A stretch of DNA of 64,000 nucleotides from Schizochytrium sp. TIO01 (GCA_004764695.1 SMSO01000031.1:6616761-6680760); one strand, 5' to 3'. Shown: positions 45,901 to 56,958, numbered from the stretch's first letter. Numbers and translations: made by a program. The notes: generated by a model not told the origin, from the letters alone.

Positions 45901-48128
45901 CATCAGTAATTCGTCAGTACGGCAAATCCTTGGAGCATGGCGGTTATGAACACATTTACGAGTCATTACCACGTCTTCTGACGTTGTGGTTCACCAAAAT
46001 AGAGCGAATGTATCCGCGTGTTTTTGAATACTGGGAGCGTGATGGAGGTGGGAAAGGGAGAGGTGGAAGTCGTGGTAAAACAAAAGCTTCTCAGGTTGGT
46101 AGTGGAAACTCGCGCAGCAGGAGCGCTGCCTCGACAGCTGCAGTTCTCCTGCAACAAAACAAGAGAGACAACTCGAAATCAGGGGATGGTGAAGCGAAAA
46201 GTGATAAGAAAACTATTGCTGGTCAATTCGATCGAGCTAACTCGTCAGTAGAGGACTTGGCAAAACGACTACCAGCCTACGTTTGGTACACAGCTCTTCC
46301 GCAGCTCGTTTCACGCATTGGAGTCGAAATTGAAGATGTGTGGAAGGTCACCAAACTCATTCTTATACAGATTGCTGAAGCGTATCCTGCTCAAGCCTTC
46401 TGGCACATCATGGGCGTTGTAAAATCAAACAAGTCGAAACATCGACGTGATCGAGCTACTAATATGTGTTATGAAATGCTCGAGTCTAAATCGGTTCAAG
46501 GTTGGGTGCGCGTGTCTGGATCATCTGATAAAACAGAATTGACGATGAAATCACAGTTTCAGCAGGTTTCTCAGATTTTCGATAGTTTAATTAAAATTGC
46601 GACACACAAGCCTCGCTTACTATCTGAAATCAAGAATTCAAAGGGGAACCGTCGCGCCCCTGTCGGTGACAAGAGGCGGGAGACCAGGTTGCATATTCAG
46701 GATTTATTCGATGTGCAAAAAATTCAAAAACGCTTGCAACGATGTAATATTGTAGTTCCAACACAAAGTGCCCTAACCCCAACCTTGCCGGTTGCTGCTA
46801 AGGAAAAGTATCGTCTCAGACAAACTGGGACGGCGCCGAAAGGTGGCGCCCGATCTATGAAAGCAAGAGATTCCAGTGCAGCTAGTGCTGTAAGCAGCGT
46901 GACATCGGTAGAACCAAACTCAACATCTCACGGACAGCCTTCTGGAAGCGCTTCCTCTTCTGTTCCGCAAGTTTTCGGGCGCCAATGCCCAATGATGAGT
47001 CGTCTTAATCCTTATGCGGATATTATGTCTTCGAAAGCAGCACCTAAGAAAATTCGTATGTACAGCCATACCGAAAAGGCATACAACTTTTTATGCAAGA
47101 ATGAGGAACGTGGCGATCTTCGCAAGGATGCACGAATGATGGAGTTCAATACAGTTGTCAATCGCCTTTTTCAACATGACCCACAGGCGCGTAAGCGCAA
47201 GCTGCAGTTGCGAACCTACGCGGTTGTGTGTCTCAATGAAAGTTGTGGCCTTCTTGAGTGGGTAGAAAATACCATGGCCCTTCGTCATGTTATTCAGTGT
47301 GTTTATAATGAAGAAAATATATCCACGACTCTTCATGAGGCTTGGAAGGAGGCGCGCATTGAACAAGAGAGTTTGCAAAGGAAAGAGAGGACTCTCGTAG
47401 AGAAGGTTCGACGCTGGGAGGACAAGATCGTATCCAAATTTCCCCCCCTACTTCATAAATGGTTTATTAATCACTTTGCTGAGCCGGAGGCGTGGCTGGA
47501 GGCACGATCACAATTTACACGATCCTGCAGTGCGTGGTCAATTGTAGGCCACATTGTAGGTCTGGGCGACCGCCACGCAGAGAACATATTGATTAACAAA
47601 GTCACAGGTGAATGTGTACACGTCGATTTTGACTGTCTCTTTGATAAGGGGTTGACTCTTCAAATTCCGGAGATTGTGCCATTCCGTCTCACGCCTCAAA
47701 TGGTAGATGGCATGGATCTGGGAGGTTGTGATGGTGGTTTTCGAACCAATTCAGAGGTTTGTCTGCAGGTGTTGCGAACCAATAAGAAGATGCTGATGAG
47801 TGTCCTTGAGTCTTTTGTAGTCGACCCTTTGGTTGAATGGAAACGTGTAAAACAAACGCAGGGTGGAAATGCGCCTATGGGAGGCCAAGGCTCTGACGAG
47901 GTGGATCAAGGAAAACGTGCAGCACAAGACAAGCTAAGTCTTATTTCTGAGCGTCTCGATGGAATTATGCGCGAGAGATTTTCCTTTGATCGTGGGGTTA
48001 GGTCTAGCGACGGCGTATTTGATCTACTCCCCATGTCTGTCCAAGGTCAGGTTCACCGTCTCATTCTTGAAGCTACAGACCCTGCCAAACTTATGTCAAT
48101 GTACTCTGGGTGGGCAGCCTTTTTGTAG
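36972..48128 (+). CDS. ATR: ATR/Mec1-like PIKK serine/threonine kinase (~3718 aa, intronless)
   Basis: HEAT/UME-like region (CGNCLGELGAIDP), FAT region (AYRCGAAARALRYME, ESYNRAY, LPRLLTLW), kinase (DLRKDARMMEFN, GHIVGLGDRHAENIL, HVDFDCLFDKG, PEIVPFRLT) and FATC (MSMYSGWAAFL*). First ATG is at 36972. Confidence 0.93.
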   Translation: MATSSDLLHNLQAEISRHRDRHDGQSPNTARRAASPSEGASSSTSPNRSRAQSHGRDNTDADRNMQIDISDKDANFGNDTRNQSKSDGTATVKSSSNVSTGTIAISPVHRNEFNSRHSRQSTKSPGNGTGKDHEDATDVKCRDMLTRVKHFLQSLCKHCITISSLQAFLELRHARSSSAGSGAGQDAAHDVLLEPALELMRVLLDGKFCPHARAVFDYGDINGILTPLLSTLGLLMDPLVTNSGLEPMLWGNVLGLTTVLVEGNLEGLIILVEDVYTMLEYLNAEEGNNLPLNLSCFQSLCKSAAIANGTQLEVQLGKRESIWHVKIQTYRLAGKLIAKFGSVLGAHPAFSKVTGEILDLLTEATSPSQTAPEPRHISGQIRIVSSLCIAAGDALEGLRACAPTLSTTLRKQLLELGRSWAWERVITRQTWASLASALERLPTSVFDRDDASLASESLRTLLCRDDGALSSSHDQRAMRSAVPFLCACIRIIESQSVHDVNLIRIVGWFANEQLLLDQSTHGSIARCLALGLSAVARQEAQARGDTVVKVCEELFAVTTEENKQPNQATQNPPSSERYLETIARNKRKASCLSTDTSAVSNLSPFVSPITYDAVVNTMQWFIAHASHLEPRNSTNQLLQVACTSVVLQALVQSNLELDTGHTCFRLTLQRVFKLFEILRLGHDDRIARSFLIRAGIDTGLALTYQLHIMQRSNEIEKAEHDALVSAVSGIQSIFAREDWMRAEIEGRATNVLGFSGNEQNSQDNISSLKVRFPINSLSDGLSRSLGDRFIILAGSFPCNWFFVDFCHSSQISLAQDFSKRCTAVFGARILNSSEPIRLFTIAQLPDLIRNFCFREEDVANYCDHLASLMASSQTSQNTDATQYDILSQATLGGQFASSTALSRASLQTLRGFLVKLGMWMSQPSSDIALEACTAAITEICQLRVVDPIAIETNPTAFKCRCHALNQNERALGDVRGGILLFYPWLHSVFFEALPNQSISSKARVAMLKCSIDIFRRVVHMAAWQGYETPLFMGRFPDMLIRILWLLEDPDQHVRQALAENISVFVEGCGGGMQFLNRSFQNTGSTVLEERFRVPEDALGRCDLLRAAFGYSSIQTYDVSHFMHILRQEYSPLQTNNVSQFMRILRRLISDTQRAQTLQLQQGILDLRDRLPITHTLLVGIGTIGCTADPTYSVENVEIGANLLSWALLMLTQQYAMALAWSNEMMRQMGEKGKRNFSDEDSRNCEIILSMQQNAAVKMREIIMEQFKRIAASHGFMQTAVRQPGQDGAKQSGVAIRRLFASMRKTLYPQLFIMLLSEPMVSKAPEALEDLLFEVFEYSIESTSSMVNDFTQSSIYSPEIHETYRFEYGEDASSFGVSGSNETEARAYFLSLFVKECLPDVLPEQLQPKMNIDVLYEIARRLYREPDAKREVIVKRLLIDHYHAWIVDLTQLLAQDSREDYGSADNSKKGYTAWRQILEFGSFSLLDIFKLSRKTILRQIVFRLVDKSGKPDDLVESTLGLLAEYAHRETETKLPLREKAHHEDDKSAPSSGVDAELLPMKANTSEDLTMALVRQEFMYLMSVLSERIGERWRSSSQRCHALRCAAVLLRKLGQNEIDPFLIKVLPTAKAALQDQDPEIQLLACDLMHELVNLLSDDALRDNLSIVVVSLLPCLQAQEDSEHEAEAVVDDSLHNKVEERAVETIHLLVVQKRRCLHKVFADIDELVPRRYPALVEVRKVLEEERGRATLLDRMRQLMKLIQHESVNVRLLALSELRIVIAENVSNLHKVLLDKSIVPWSEAHAEDELELDSNENDRKGAVTQLLSELIGTLLRLSRSRAAGGAHANDRATRRATRDLQLACGNCLGELGAIDPSRLDLEIVQSALSRGREVLVSRDRGQGAFSLDMGNEELAVYLIQVYLVDALRAAPDPNSHMQVGMAIQQLLRYFNKKGYELGEADSASSQLGSEASKQTITGLLGAPKMEIVKPFWDTNYTFVEQSIMDVKPRGRGGKCFFGPEVTFETSVGDWFAYLTKHTKGDQSIVFNALLVLCTYPGATDLLLFVLPYVVQNVLHHAHDSTSYPEDYQSIYTQVRLEIMEVFRDTWRGESCPGDDNAEADAKWLSGTVDADGHSNFDENSAQHSALPSSQVSSNSQSSSSRAQAHRDVSARIRRNAHVMFSLLDTLASWGKSMNIHLAASRARNTVESGTSTRTSTSSKSHAEYQGDFTVKKSIKNLLRCIPLRCLAEAAYRCGAAARALRYMESYMRRTHAYEERGGGVAPGAWLVTRRPVQFERDEITFLHRIYAALDQDPDGLLSVIAIRSRHDGGPGTGYVLGRTNHTVSSWPVSASPTEATRRKRNQTRGNQLFNNPELQAPDGIHVGDGGQPSLLERVLELEFSGRWDEAVGCYDRMLEGLRGALKVDTDTTRMEISGSLPKSKRARTTESTSHLSSPADVQVAARRMQLQQGRLSCLRRLNHLGLLISIGDIHRVTQDESSVVARPFCKEALWRLSRWADLKEVLNQDSGSGDDKKKGMPDEDLEVMLLNSGPGNMGSAYTDALARAMSALAESSNSQGLEGDEHVSQREFIKQVDRAKLQIMDFLSAVSTESYNRAYPLLLRLQALTELSAGWDIVHLAKRHRHRVVIGAAAKVNDLSLMKEDDEAGFTHDVSDVNGEGKEVKGHSLGVVTSGIGMSAFDLAASRAQIRRKLSERGWDDRFKITSPSVEMRRELFEVRRVVFELSGLRAEEMHGWLSLAKVTRLADDHQGCHDAIQRVQECARELLVAERRNLMQPQSTDTKQASIFESSKEEAEVAQLKAKLQLAMMHLQSNTSSFLSMLQNGNSGLKGGSAFHRALMVLEPVQESLDELRRAPPPAPSKLSKTRAKALLMATNLMVESGQGMGELVVNRYKAVLMQRPGWQQGHYYLARFFDYLLLKLEQEEDNLDKGPQSESTGGAGSALALSHNSDWKYRSRDSHELLTSVIRQYGKSLEHGGYEHIYESLPRLLTLWFTKIERMYPRVFEYWERDGGGKGRGGSRGKTKASQVGSGNSRSRSAASTAAVLLQQNKRDNSKSGDGEAKSDKKTIAGQFDRANSSVEDLAKRLPAYVWYTALPQLVSRIGVEIEDVWKVTKLILIQIAEAYPAQAFWHIMGVVKSNKSKHRRDRATNMCYEMLESKSVQGWVRVSGSSDKTELTMKSQFQQVSQIFDSLIKIATHKPRLLSEIKNSKGNRRAPVGDKRRETRLHIQDLFDVQKIQKRLQRCNIVVPTQSALTPTLPVAAKEKYRLRQTGTAPKGGARSMKARDSSAASAVSSVTSVEPNSTSHGQPSGSASSSVPQVFGRQCPMMSRLNPYADIMSSKAAPKKIRMYSHTEKAYNFLCKNEERGDLRKDARMMEFNTVVNRLFQHDPQARKRKLQLRTYAVVCLNESCGLLEWVENTMALRHVIQCVYNEENISTTLHEAWKEARIEQESLQRKERTLVEKVRRWEDKIVSKFPPLLHKWFINHFAEPEAWLEARSQFTRSCSAWSIVGHIVGLGDRHAENILINKVTGECVHVDFDCLFDKGLTLQIPEIVPFRLTPQMVDGMDLGGCDGGFRTNSEVCLQVLRTNKKMLMSVLESFVVDPLVEWKRVKQTQGGNAPMGGQGSDEVDQGKRAAQDKLSLISERLDGIMRERFSFDRGVRSSDGVFDLLPMSVQGQVHRLILEATDPAKLMSMYSGWAAFL

Positions 48129-51100
48129 TTAATGTTATTGTTATTATAAAAACTGTATTGATCTTTGTGAAGAAGAACATGGGTGATTAATTATCTTTTG
48201 TCAGATGGACGCGGAGATATGTGCCTCTCAAAAGCTAGCTTATGTATGCATACACAGGGTTTTGGTATTCTCCCATCATGTACTCTTTCATACGAAGTGT
48301 TGACTTACCGGAACAGGTGTGATTTATTTTCGTAACGGAGACCACTGTGAATCCCCACAGCTAGGTCTTTCATAAATGAAGAGAAAGCGAGAAATCTATC
48401 ATACCCCCTGTTTATGAAAGTCTGTGCGACGGATTCTCATTGCTGCGGCCTTCGGTAGTTGTATAGTGTTATAAAGATAAAGAAGAGATAAACTTTAAGC
48501 TTTGAAATTAAGACCATGCTCTATTTGAATGTCAGAGTGCAATAAGCTTTATCCACTGTTTAAGGTGGATTTCCCCACAGTTATTCCTTCGTAACACAAA
48601 TTGTTTTTTCACGTTCACGGCACGTGCACTCTTTTATCATATAATTTTATTTATGGAAAACATAGACGTAAATCCTAATATTTCAATAATACAGAAGCCC
48701 TGAAAGGAATTTAGGGCCAGTAGCGTAATGTGAATGTGGCCATCCTCTTTATAACCAGTATAGTGGCCTATTCCATACACGCAGTTGTAGTGAAACCAAT
48801 CAATGACCGAAGCGGGGCATCTGTTCTGGTGACTTTGTTTTCGCAATCGTCAAACGAAGCACGAGGAGCCCCTATAATTGCCTGCACAACAAGAGCACAA
48901 AGCATCCAGCAACAAGATCGAATACCCTAATCGAATGTTCAGCTTGCAGCTATGTAAAGAAAGAAGGCACGGGCTGAGCAGTGATTATGACAGTCTTTCA
49001 AACTTGAATAATTGAATAATTGAATAATAAAGAGAAGGGTATTTGTAGTTATTTTCAAAAGACACTGGACAGTCTCTCAGCAAAAAAAAAAAGAAGAAAA
49101 GAAAATGAGGGCCACTACGCTACCTCTCTTAAGCTTTTTATTTAGGTAGGTAAGGGCTCAAGGTAAAACCATATCTTTCACGATATGGAGGATGATGATG
49201 CGAGAGCGCATACTTAGGAGTCTCTTTTACCAAACTTCGGCCATAAATAGCTCAACTGCAGTGTAAAAAGGAGCCTCAAATCTTAGAATGAGTATGATTA
49301 GGCCACTCTTTCATATTGGAAGGTTGGGAATGCAATGCCTAGAGTGACTTTACATATCAAATTTGACATTTTTAGTCTGATGGGTAGCAAAAAACCAAGC
49401 GCTCCTGCTGTCAAAGTGAGCGAAGAGATATGTGGTGCTGCTTCAAGTTATCGAGGAGTTCAAGCTGATTTACATCCGCTATCTGTTGACTGCAATTCCT
49501 TATGTTACGATCGATGGTCACTTCAATTGCTCACTCATAATAACCTTAAAAGAAACTAATGAGATTCAAGTTGGACCCTGCTCTATGGTACCAGCCAAAA
49601 TTTTGCGTGTGGAAGTAAGAATGCAGTCTCGTTGTTCTCGATACACGATAGAGGGTGTTTTCGATTGCCTGAAAGAACAGACAATCATTATCTCACACCA
49701 CATACGACTTTGTGTCCTATTAAGGAGCTAAGGCGAATAATGCTGTTTGTGATATGTACTAATAGTCGTTGCTACCACAAAGCTCCAAATGAAACATTTC
49801 TAGGAAACTACTACGGTCTTTCAGTCGGCTCTGCACACTCACTATACAGGTTAGTAGTCATAAGGAAACAAGCTGATAAAGAGTTAGGTCCCTGATGCTC
49901 GGGATGCTTTATGAGATTCTCATCAGGTTCGAAATGATGCTCAATTGCGAGAGGAAAGTTCTATATCTAATTCCCACAACCGGTGTCACCCTGTACTAAA
50001 AAGTTCGCTGGTTGTATCCATGCAAAAGAAGATCTCGAGACAATCATTCTCAAGCTCGGCAATCCTTTAGACTTTATACGAGTGAGTTATTTATCATCTC
50101 GAAGTTCAGCTGGTGCTGGTGCTCACTCCAACAGCTAAGCGCGCTCGCAGAAGTGGGTCTAGTTTCTGCCTGCACTACCTCTGATCATTCCGAGAGTAGT
50201 CAGCCCAGTTAGCAGCCGGCTTATCAGGCTGTATACGTGGCTAGTTTGATCATAGTTGTCGCTACTTAGGTTCACGGACTCAGTGAAGGAAACTTGTGTG
50301 TATGGACTCAAAATAACCAACCAAACTTCGCAGTTCGGGCCTTCCAGTAGGAAGGCAGCCATGGGGACATCAGAACCTCAACAGGAGCGTATTTGCATTG
50401 CAATTTCAAGGCAAGCATCTTTCGCCCACGTACACAAACAAATATAGTCCGCTACGCAAGCAAGCAAATAATCTATCTATTCAGGAGTCAATCAGTGATG
50501 TTTCAGAATTTAGCACGATGGTACTTGGAAAATTAAAGACGGGGAGTGTAGATACAAGACTCGTGTATCAGGTTGTCTCAAAAAGTCTAATTGAAAGAAA
50601 AGAAAACACAAATTATATTCATTGATATAAAGGTACTTTTTAAAAAAAGTTTTTTTTTTTTTTTAAATCTACGATAAATTGTTTTTTGTATTTTTTTTAA
50701 AATTTATCTTATTTTTTGAAAAACTGTTTTCATTTGAAGAAAGACTAGAAAGTAACTCAAATATAGTAATTGAGCTCGAAGAACTTAAGAGTGAAAAGGT
50801 ATTTATAAGGTAGAGTGGTTTGCTTTCTTTAATCTTTCTATATCCAATAGCTGAGGCATTGGAGCTTTCTAATCAAAATATTAGGATTTTAATACATGAC
50901 GGAATCTTATTTAAAAAGTAAAATTAATAGAAATAGAAATAGAAAAGAAAAAAAAGGGGGATTAGAAGTGGGGCTCGTCTCTCTTTCCGTGGGGAACGCA
51001 CTTTTCCTAGTAGACCCAGTGTGTTTTTGTTTTATCTAATTATAATTGTTAACACTTTGTCTGGTGGCTCGCAGTCCACACTATACCAGACACACTCTCA

Positions 51101-53374
51101 AGCTGTATCCGAACTTCCTCACTCCGCTTTTACACTGGACACCCATGACATGTACTATCGACTTATGAGTGTACTCGTTCTGCCTCATCCCCGTCTCACA
51201 AGCCTCTTCTAGAGTCTGAACTCGCTTCCCCATCAAGAAGCTCTTCCCCGTACTCCACTGAGTACTCTTGGTGGCAGTGTTGTCCCCCAAATCTCATCCA
51301 GTGTACCTCTGTCTGATCAATCATGGCAAAGCTCAGCACTTCTGAGCACTGCGCTTGGGAGTCGGCAGTAGAGAGGGGATCGTGGCCGACTGTTGCCTGT
51401 GCTGCCTCACAAGGCGCTGTGCAGAGGCGTTGAGAGGGGAATTCCATCCCACAGCTGCAGAGGGAGAGCGTGCCTAGGTCTACTTCGAGAAAGCAGAGAG
51501 GAGTAGACGGCGGCGTAGAAGATGAGAAAGAAAAGGGCTCGTGGCTGCCTGCTCTGCTTCTTACCCTTCTCCTCTCTTTTTCCTCTTTCGCTCTTCGAGT
51601 TCTTCTTTCTTTCGCTCTTCTTGTCGTGAAGCGCTACTCATGAAGTAGTAGGTACTAGCAGCGAGCTCTCTCCCTTCTTTCTGTAGTTGAGGCTTTTTTC
51701 CCCCTTCATATATCGACTACCCATATTTGAATATAATCATCTCTTTTCATTCATTACTCTTTTAAAAACTCCTTTAAATTCATACTCTTCAATTAAAATA
51801 CGCAGCCGAAATGTGAAATACTAACTACGTACAAAACACCATAATATATCACTACCCGCTGACGTGACGGCCCGAGGGCTGGGGTGTAATTAATTTATTT
51901 TTTTAATGCTCTTTAAGGTAAGAAAATACTTTCCAGACACCTTTCTTTAAAAAAAAGAAAAAAAAAAAAAAAGAAAAGATGATTTTTTGTTGTCTGTCTT
52001 CTGTTCAATTGAAAACAAGCAGCACTTTTTAATATTGTATACATTTTCTTTCAAGATGCAGTATGGCAAGAAGCCCTTCCCGCTGTATTTTATTTTATTT
52101 CATTTCATTCTTAGAGCCAACTACTCTCCTACTCGACGTACCTCATGAACCGCTCTAATAGCAGCTGCCTCTGACGGCTATCATAAAGTTAAACAAACAT
52201 TCATCATTCATTCGAACAGCCGCAGAAGTGGGGAATCGATCGATTCATCGAAGGAGGGTTCTTCAAGCGCCCTTTTCCTTCTAGCAGAGTACGCAGGTAG
52301 CCACTGGCTAGTAGGTACTAGGCCCTGCTGCTACCTATTGTTCTCCTTTGTTTTCGTGACTTTTGAGCAGTTTGTTTGGTTTGATGGGGACGTGAAAAGC
52401 GCGACAGAAGTGGTTCAAAGCCATCGCCTCCGTTTGGAGTTGGTTCTTCAAGATCTTCTCCAGCTTGAGGTCGAACTTGCAGTTGGTCTTGAGCTCGAGC
52501 TTGAGCTTGAAGCTCCTCGCGAACATCTTGAACCTTTCGCAGAACCCACGTTATAGAGATCACAAGCTAAACAAAGATCTCAGGAAGCGAGTTCCTCAGC
52601 GAGCTTTGCATAATAGGAGCAGTATCGTCCCTCATCGCAGACGAAAGATATTGTTGACTAATTCCTGTGAACCATCACTCACAAAGGGTCCATACAGACG
52701 CACGCTTCAAAGAACCCAAAGGCTGATGCACAATATAAAGGATCTTGCTTCGAAGTTGAGGCTGCCCGCTGAGTTTTTCTGGCAAAAGGCCATCTTCGAG
52801 TTCTCAGTGCAGTTGGCGTCATCACAATCTTCACGTTGATCGTATCATGGTTGGTTGGTTCTTCATGCGCATAGCTCGCGACGATTGTGTGCACCGCAGT
52901 TCCGTTTGCTCAATCTTCACAATCTTGAACATCCTGCCGGCCGAGCGCTGTGACAAATTGCAGTATATATATTTCTGCTCGTAAAGCCTTCCCGCCTCGA
53001 TGACAATCTGCCCAACATCGCCGCCAAAGTATCACATCGCCGCATTGAAACCCCTTCGACTTCAATTGAGCCCACTCCACAATCGCCGTCGCGCTATCTA
53101 TCTATCTATGTATCTCTATCTATGTATGTATTTTGGTTTCCATGTACGACTCTCTCACGAGTTTCCCAACAATTAATCGTTCAAAGGGAGAAGGTAGTTT
53201 AGAGAGAGAGGGGGATAGCTAGCTTCCTTCCTACTAGGTGCCACCTAATCACTCTTACCATGTCGAACAGGGACCTTTCCCATGAACGCACTGGGGCGGG
53301 ACAGGCCAGTTAAGTCCCCGAGTGGGGCCTCAGTGGAATTCCGCCTCAGAAAATGTTGACGATTCACTCCTCAG

Positions 53375-53620
53375 AGACAGACAGACAGACAGACTGACTG
53401 ACTGACTGACTGACTGACTGACTGATTGACTGACTGACTGAGGCAGACAAAGAGAAGAATGGATAAAAGACAGACGGCCCGAAGGGAGAGAATGAATGAA
53501 GGGGTGGATGAGAGAGTGGCTGGTGAATGAAAGGCAGCAGCTAAGAATCAGCCAGTCTGTTTGTTCGATAAGAAAGAAAGAAAGAAAGAAAGAAAGAAGA
53601 AAGAAAGAAAGAAGAAAGAA
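53375..53620. repeat. (CAGA)n/(GACT)n and (AAAG)n microsatellites
   Basis: Visible at ~53375-53440 and ~53570-53620. Confidence 0.9.
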
Positions 53621-54577
53621 TGAAAGATTGGCTGTTTGTTTGTTAATTCAACCTGTGTGTCACAGTCTTTAAGTCTGTCTGCCTGCCTCCTTCTTTAATG
53701 GAGATGAGTTAATTGGAAAATTTTAGTGATACAGCCAACTTGAAGGGCATTGACGGAAATGACTGATATAGGTACGTACCTGTGGCGGGAGCAGCGCTGC
53801 CAAATAGATAGATGAATGTATGCCTCTGTAGGTAGCGTGGCGTACGGAGGTGCTTCATTACATCGAGGCCTTCTGTGTTTATTTCAAATCTAGGGCTGCG
53901 TTCAATAAAGCTTCAATCACAAATATACCTTTCAAGAAATGCACTTTTTAGAGAAGCAGAGATGTACTACGTGGCACCTTTTCCGCCCAGAAGAAATGTT
54001 AATCTGGTTTTTTATTATTGATTATAAAATTTTAAAAATAAAATTTAAAAAAACACTAAAAAAAAACACAAAAAAAAAAACATCGAATTGTTAAAAAAAA
54101 AAAAAAAAAAAAAAAAGATAGTAAATTTGAAAAATAAGCATAACATTTTAAATCATGAAAACCCTTTCTTCAAGTTCTCTGAGTTTCATTCGGGCTCTCC
54201 ATCTTCTGCATTCCGTCAAGCGTAATGCCCAATGCCCAATCGTGTCCTCTCGAAAGCCTCTTCTCCCTTCACCGTCAGTCGCTGCCACAGCCGCCACTGC
54301 CGTTTGCCTCGCCTCCGTGCGGCCCATAGACAGACAAACAGTCAGTCACCTGACAGATACATACATACATACCATCTGGAGTCCGTGGCCATGCCATCGT
54401 GGTGACTGGCGTGCGTACTAATCTTGAAGCACCGGATGACGAGAGGCTGTCAGTGACTACCTCGGTAGTGGGCTACAGCAGCGGCTGAGAAGGGAGGGAG
54501 ACCCTGCGCAGAACTCACAACTTGGACAATGGACGCCAGGTAGGTACGGCTTTCTGGTACTCTCAGAGTCGGTAGAA

Positions 54578-54631
54578 ATGAACGAATGAATGAATGAATG
54601 AATGAATGAATGAATGAATGAATGAACGAAT
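54578..54631. repeat. (GAAT)n microsatellite
   Basis: Directly visible. Confidence 0.9.
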
Positions 54632-56919
54632 GCCTTGGAAGCACGATGGCCTTCATCAGAATCCACTGCTGCCATGATGGAGGCAGGATTACGAAACTCT
54701 TCAGTGGGTGGGCTCTTCGAGATGGAACTGCGACACCCCTTAGGTGCAGGCTGAACGTGTTGGGGGAAAATGGGACTGCGATGGCAGCGACCCGTAAGCT
54801 ACGTTGGCGAGTCGGCGAATTGCTGTCCTGTTAGATACCGGTGGGGTAGGTAGGCAAATTCGAGCCTCGAGGGCAATTTGCTTACCTTGGAATCTCAGTT
54901 CTTCCCCGCTATGCGGAGGTGAATAGACTGGTGGAACGCGCCTCTTATGCGGCACAGACTTTGCTCCCGTGGATGGGGCGGGGCGACTTTGCTGCTGCTT
55001 GAATACGTACCGAGTGGCGTATTTCCAGGATAACGCACTAGGTATTACAAACCAGCGTGGTTATTCAGGTTTCATATCAGTTATTGTTGCTCTCTGCGCA
55101 GGAGTTTGAGCAGGATACACTCGTGCATCTATGGTAATACCATAGATTAAACATGTTCTCTAGAGGTCCTCCAAGAAGGAGAAAGAAGAAAGAGAGAAAG
55201 AGGGAAAGAGAAAATCTGGGGCTGCTGCGAAGGAGTGGGGTCAGCCGCCGAACGATCCGTAGATGTCAAGTAAATTCCTTTTCAAAAGGACTGAAAACCC
55301 TGAAGACCGAATGCTTTGTAGGATTTTCCGTCCTTCACGAAAACATCCCAACCCCACTTCCCATTCCTAGCTTGGTGGAATCGTCCGCCACAGGAAAGCT
55401 CACGAGCAACGCTCGAAGGGAAATGGTCCTCTCAACAAGTAACTTCTCCTTCCTTCGCGTGGCCTTTCAATGCAATGTAACACTCAACATTAAAATCATG
55501 TTTATTATTGAACTCTTGTGAAGTCCGCTATCTCCAGTCAAGTTGGGGTGTTGGCAAGGTCCTCTGAAGAGCTCTTCCCCATATTAAGCAGGCAGGACGG
55601 GGAGAGGAGTTCATCTGCACTCCCGCTCAGCACAAACTTACTCAGAATGATGACCACAAGCCGCGATTACGCAGGCGCAGGACAAGAAGGCTACACCAAC
55701 TTTGAGCATGAAAAAGTGGTGGGAATGTTCTTGGCCAACTTTTGCCTATGGAATGTGCTCTGCAAGATCATACTTGCAATAAATAGACCGTGTCACAAAA
55801 GACCACTAAGGCCGGTTTGGTGTTTTGCCACAACCAGTAAGTTTACTTATAAGCGCTTGTGTATTCTCTACAGCTTGCAATGAACGTAGTGTATGCAAAC
55901 CTCGCAATACGATCGGAAGATCTTATACATTTTAAAGCGGCAGATGTCTCCTCCTCAGTAGTAGTTTGCTCAAACAAGTCCTAAAGCTTACAGATGGTAT
56001 CGAAAACTTGTAGATTGTTCACGCCAGGGCGTATCAATCAGCGCCTTTCGAGTTTCCCGCAAGCTCTTCGCGTTTCCCGCGTCCTTAGCTCGCTAGTGGG
56101 GCCCCGCCATGCTCCCTCGCCGGGCGGAATAGCAGGCAGAGCAATCCAAGCAGTCCGTCATAGTTCGCTGCTCCCCAGCCCCAGCCCCTGCTGTCAAACT
56201 AACGCATCCTCCTCCTCCTCCTCCTCAACCCGGTTCGCGTATCCCCACACGCCGTCGGTCGTTCGCGGGACGGTCCAAGCCTGCCTCTGGCGCCCAGAGC
56301 GTGGGTTTTGCTCGTGCGCCGCTCTCGAGCACGCTCTTCCATCGCTCCAAGTTCGCCAATCCTCTTCTCTCGCGACGATCGATATGTATTTATTGATTGA
56401 TGCCAAATCTCTGCTGAGGTGCCTTATTTTTTAAGGTGTGCGCCACAGAAAGGCACTTCATTAGGTATGGAACTGGCGATCTTTCAATACCATCGTGCCA
56501 TGAGGACCCGAAGCCGTGGATACTGTGACAATCTGAGCGGTTATCGCAAGAAGAGGGGTTCGTTCAAGTGATGAATAGCACTTACCCTCTGCTTCTTCGA
56601 CTAGATCTGCTGCGATCTCTCGCAGTTCTTTGGTTCGTCAGCAGGGTTCGGATTGCCATCCCTACCTCTAGAGTTCCTATCTATTTCTCATGGGTGTGCG
56701 CAATCAATATCTTTCGCAATTTCGAGTGCGCTTTATTTTTTTACTTCATCCGAGTTTAATTGTGGTGGAGACTGAAGTTTTGGATACTCGTCTTCAAGAT
56801 CATAGGTAGACGGGCAATCAGACGAGCAGCGTTGGCGCTTTCTCAACATCCTCAGCGTCTACGTGTCTACAGGTTGATTTCACCTCTCTGTTCAAGATTC
56901 AAGCCGAGGACGATGATTC

Positions 56920-56958
<39 letters not shown>

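Noticed and set aside
53305-53340. AAGTCCCCG / GGGGCCTCA resembling RNase MRP P4 strands
   Set aside because: The two elements are adjacent rather than hundreds of nt apart, and other conserved regions are absent.
53737-53760. AACTTGAAGGGCATTGACGGAA similar to the SSU rRNA motif AAACTTAAAGGAATTGACGG
   Set aside because: Only ~20 nt with mismatches, and the flanks are not rRNA-like.
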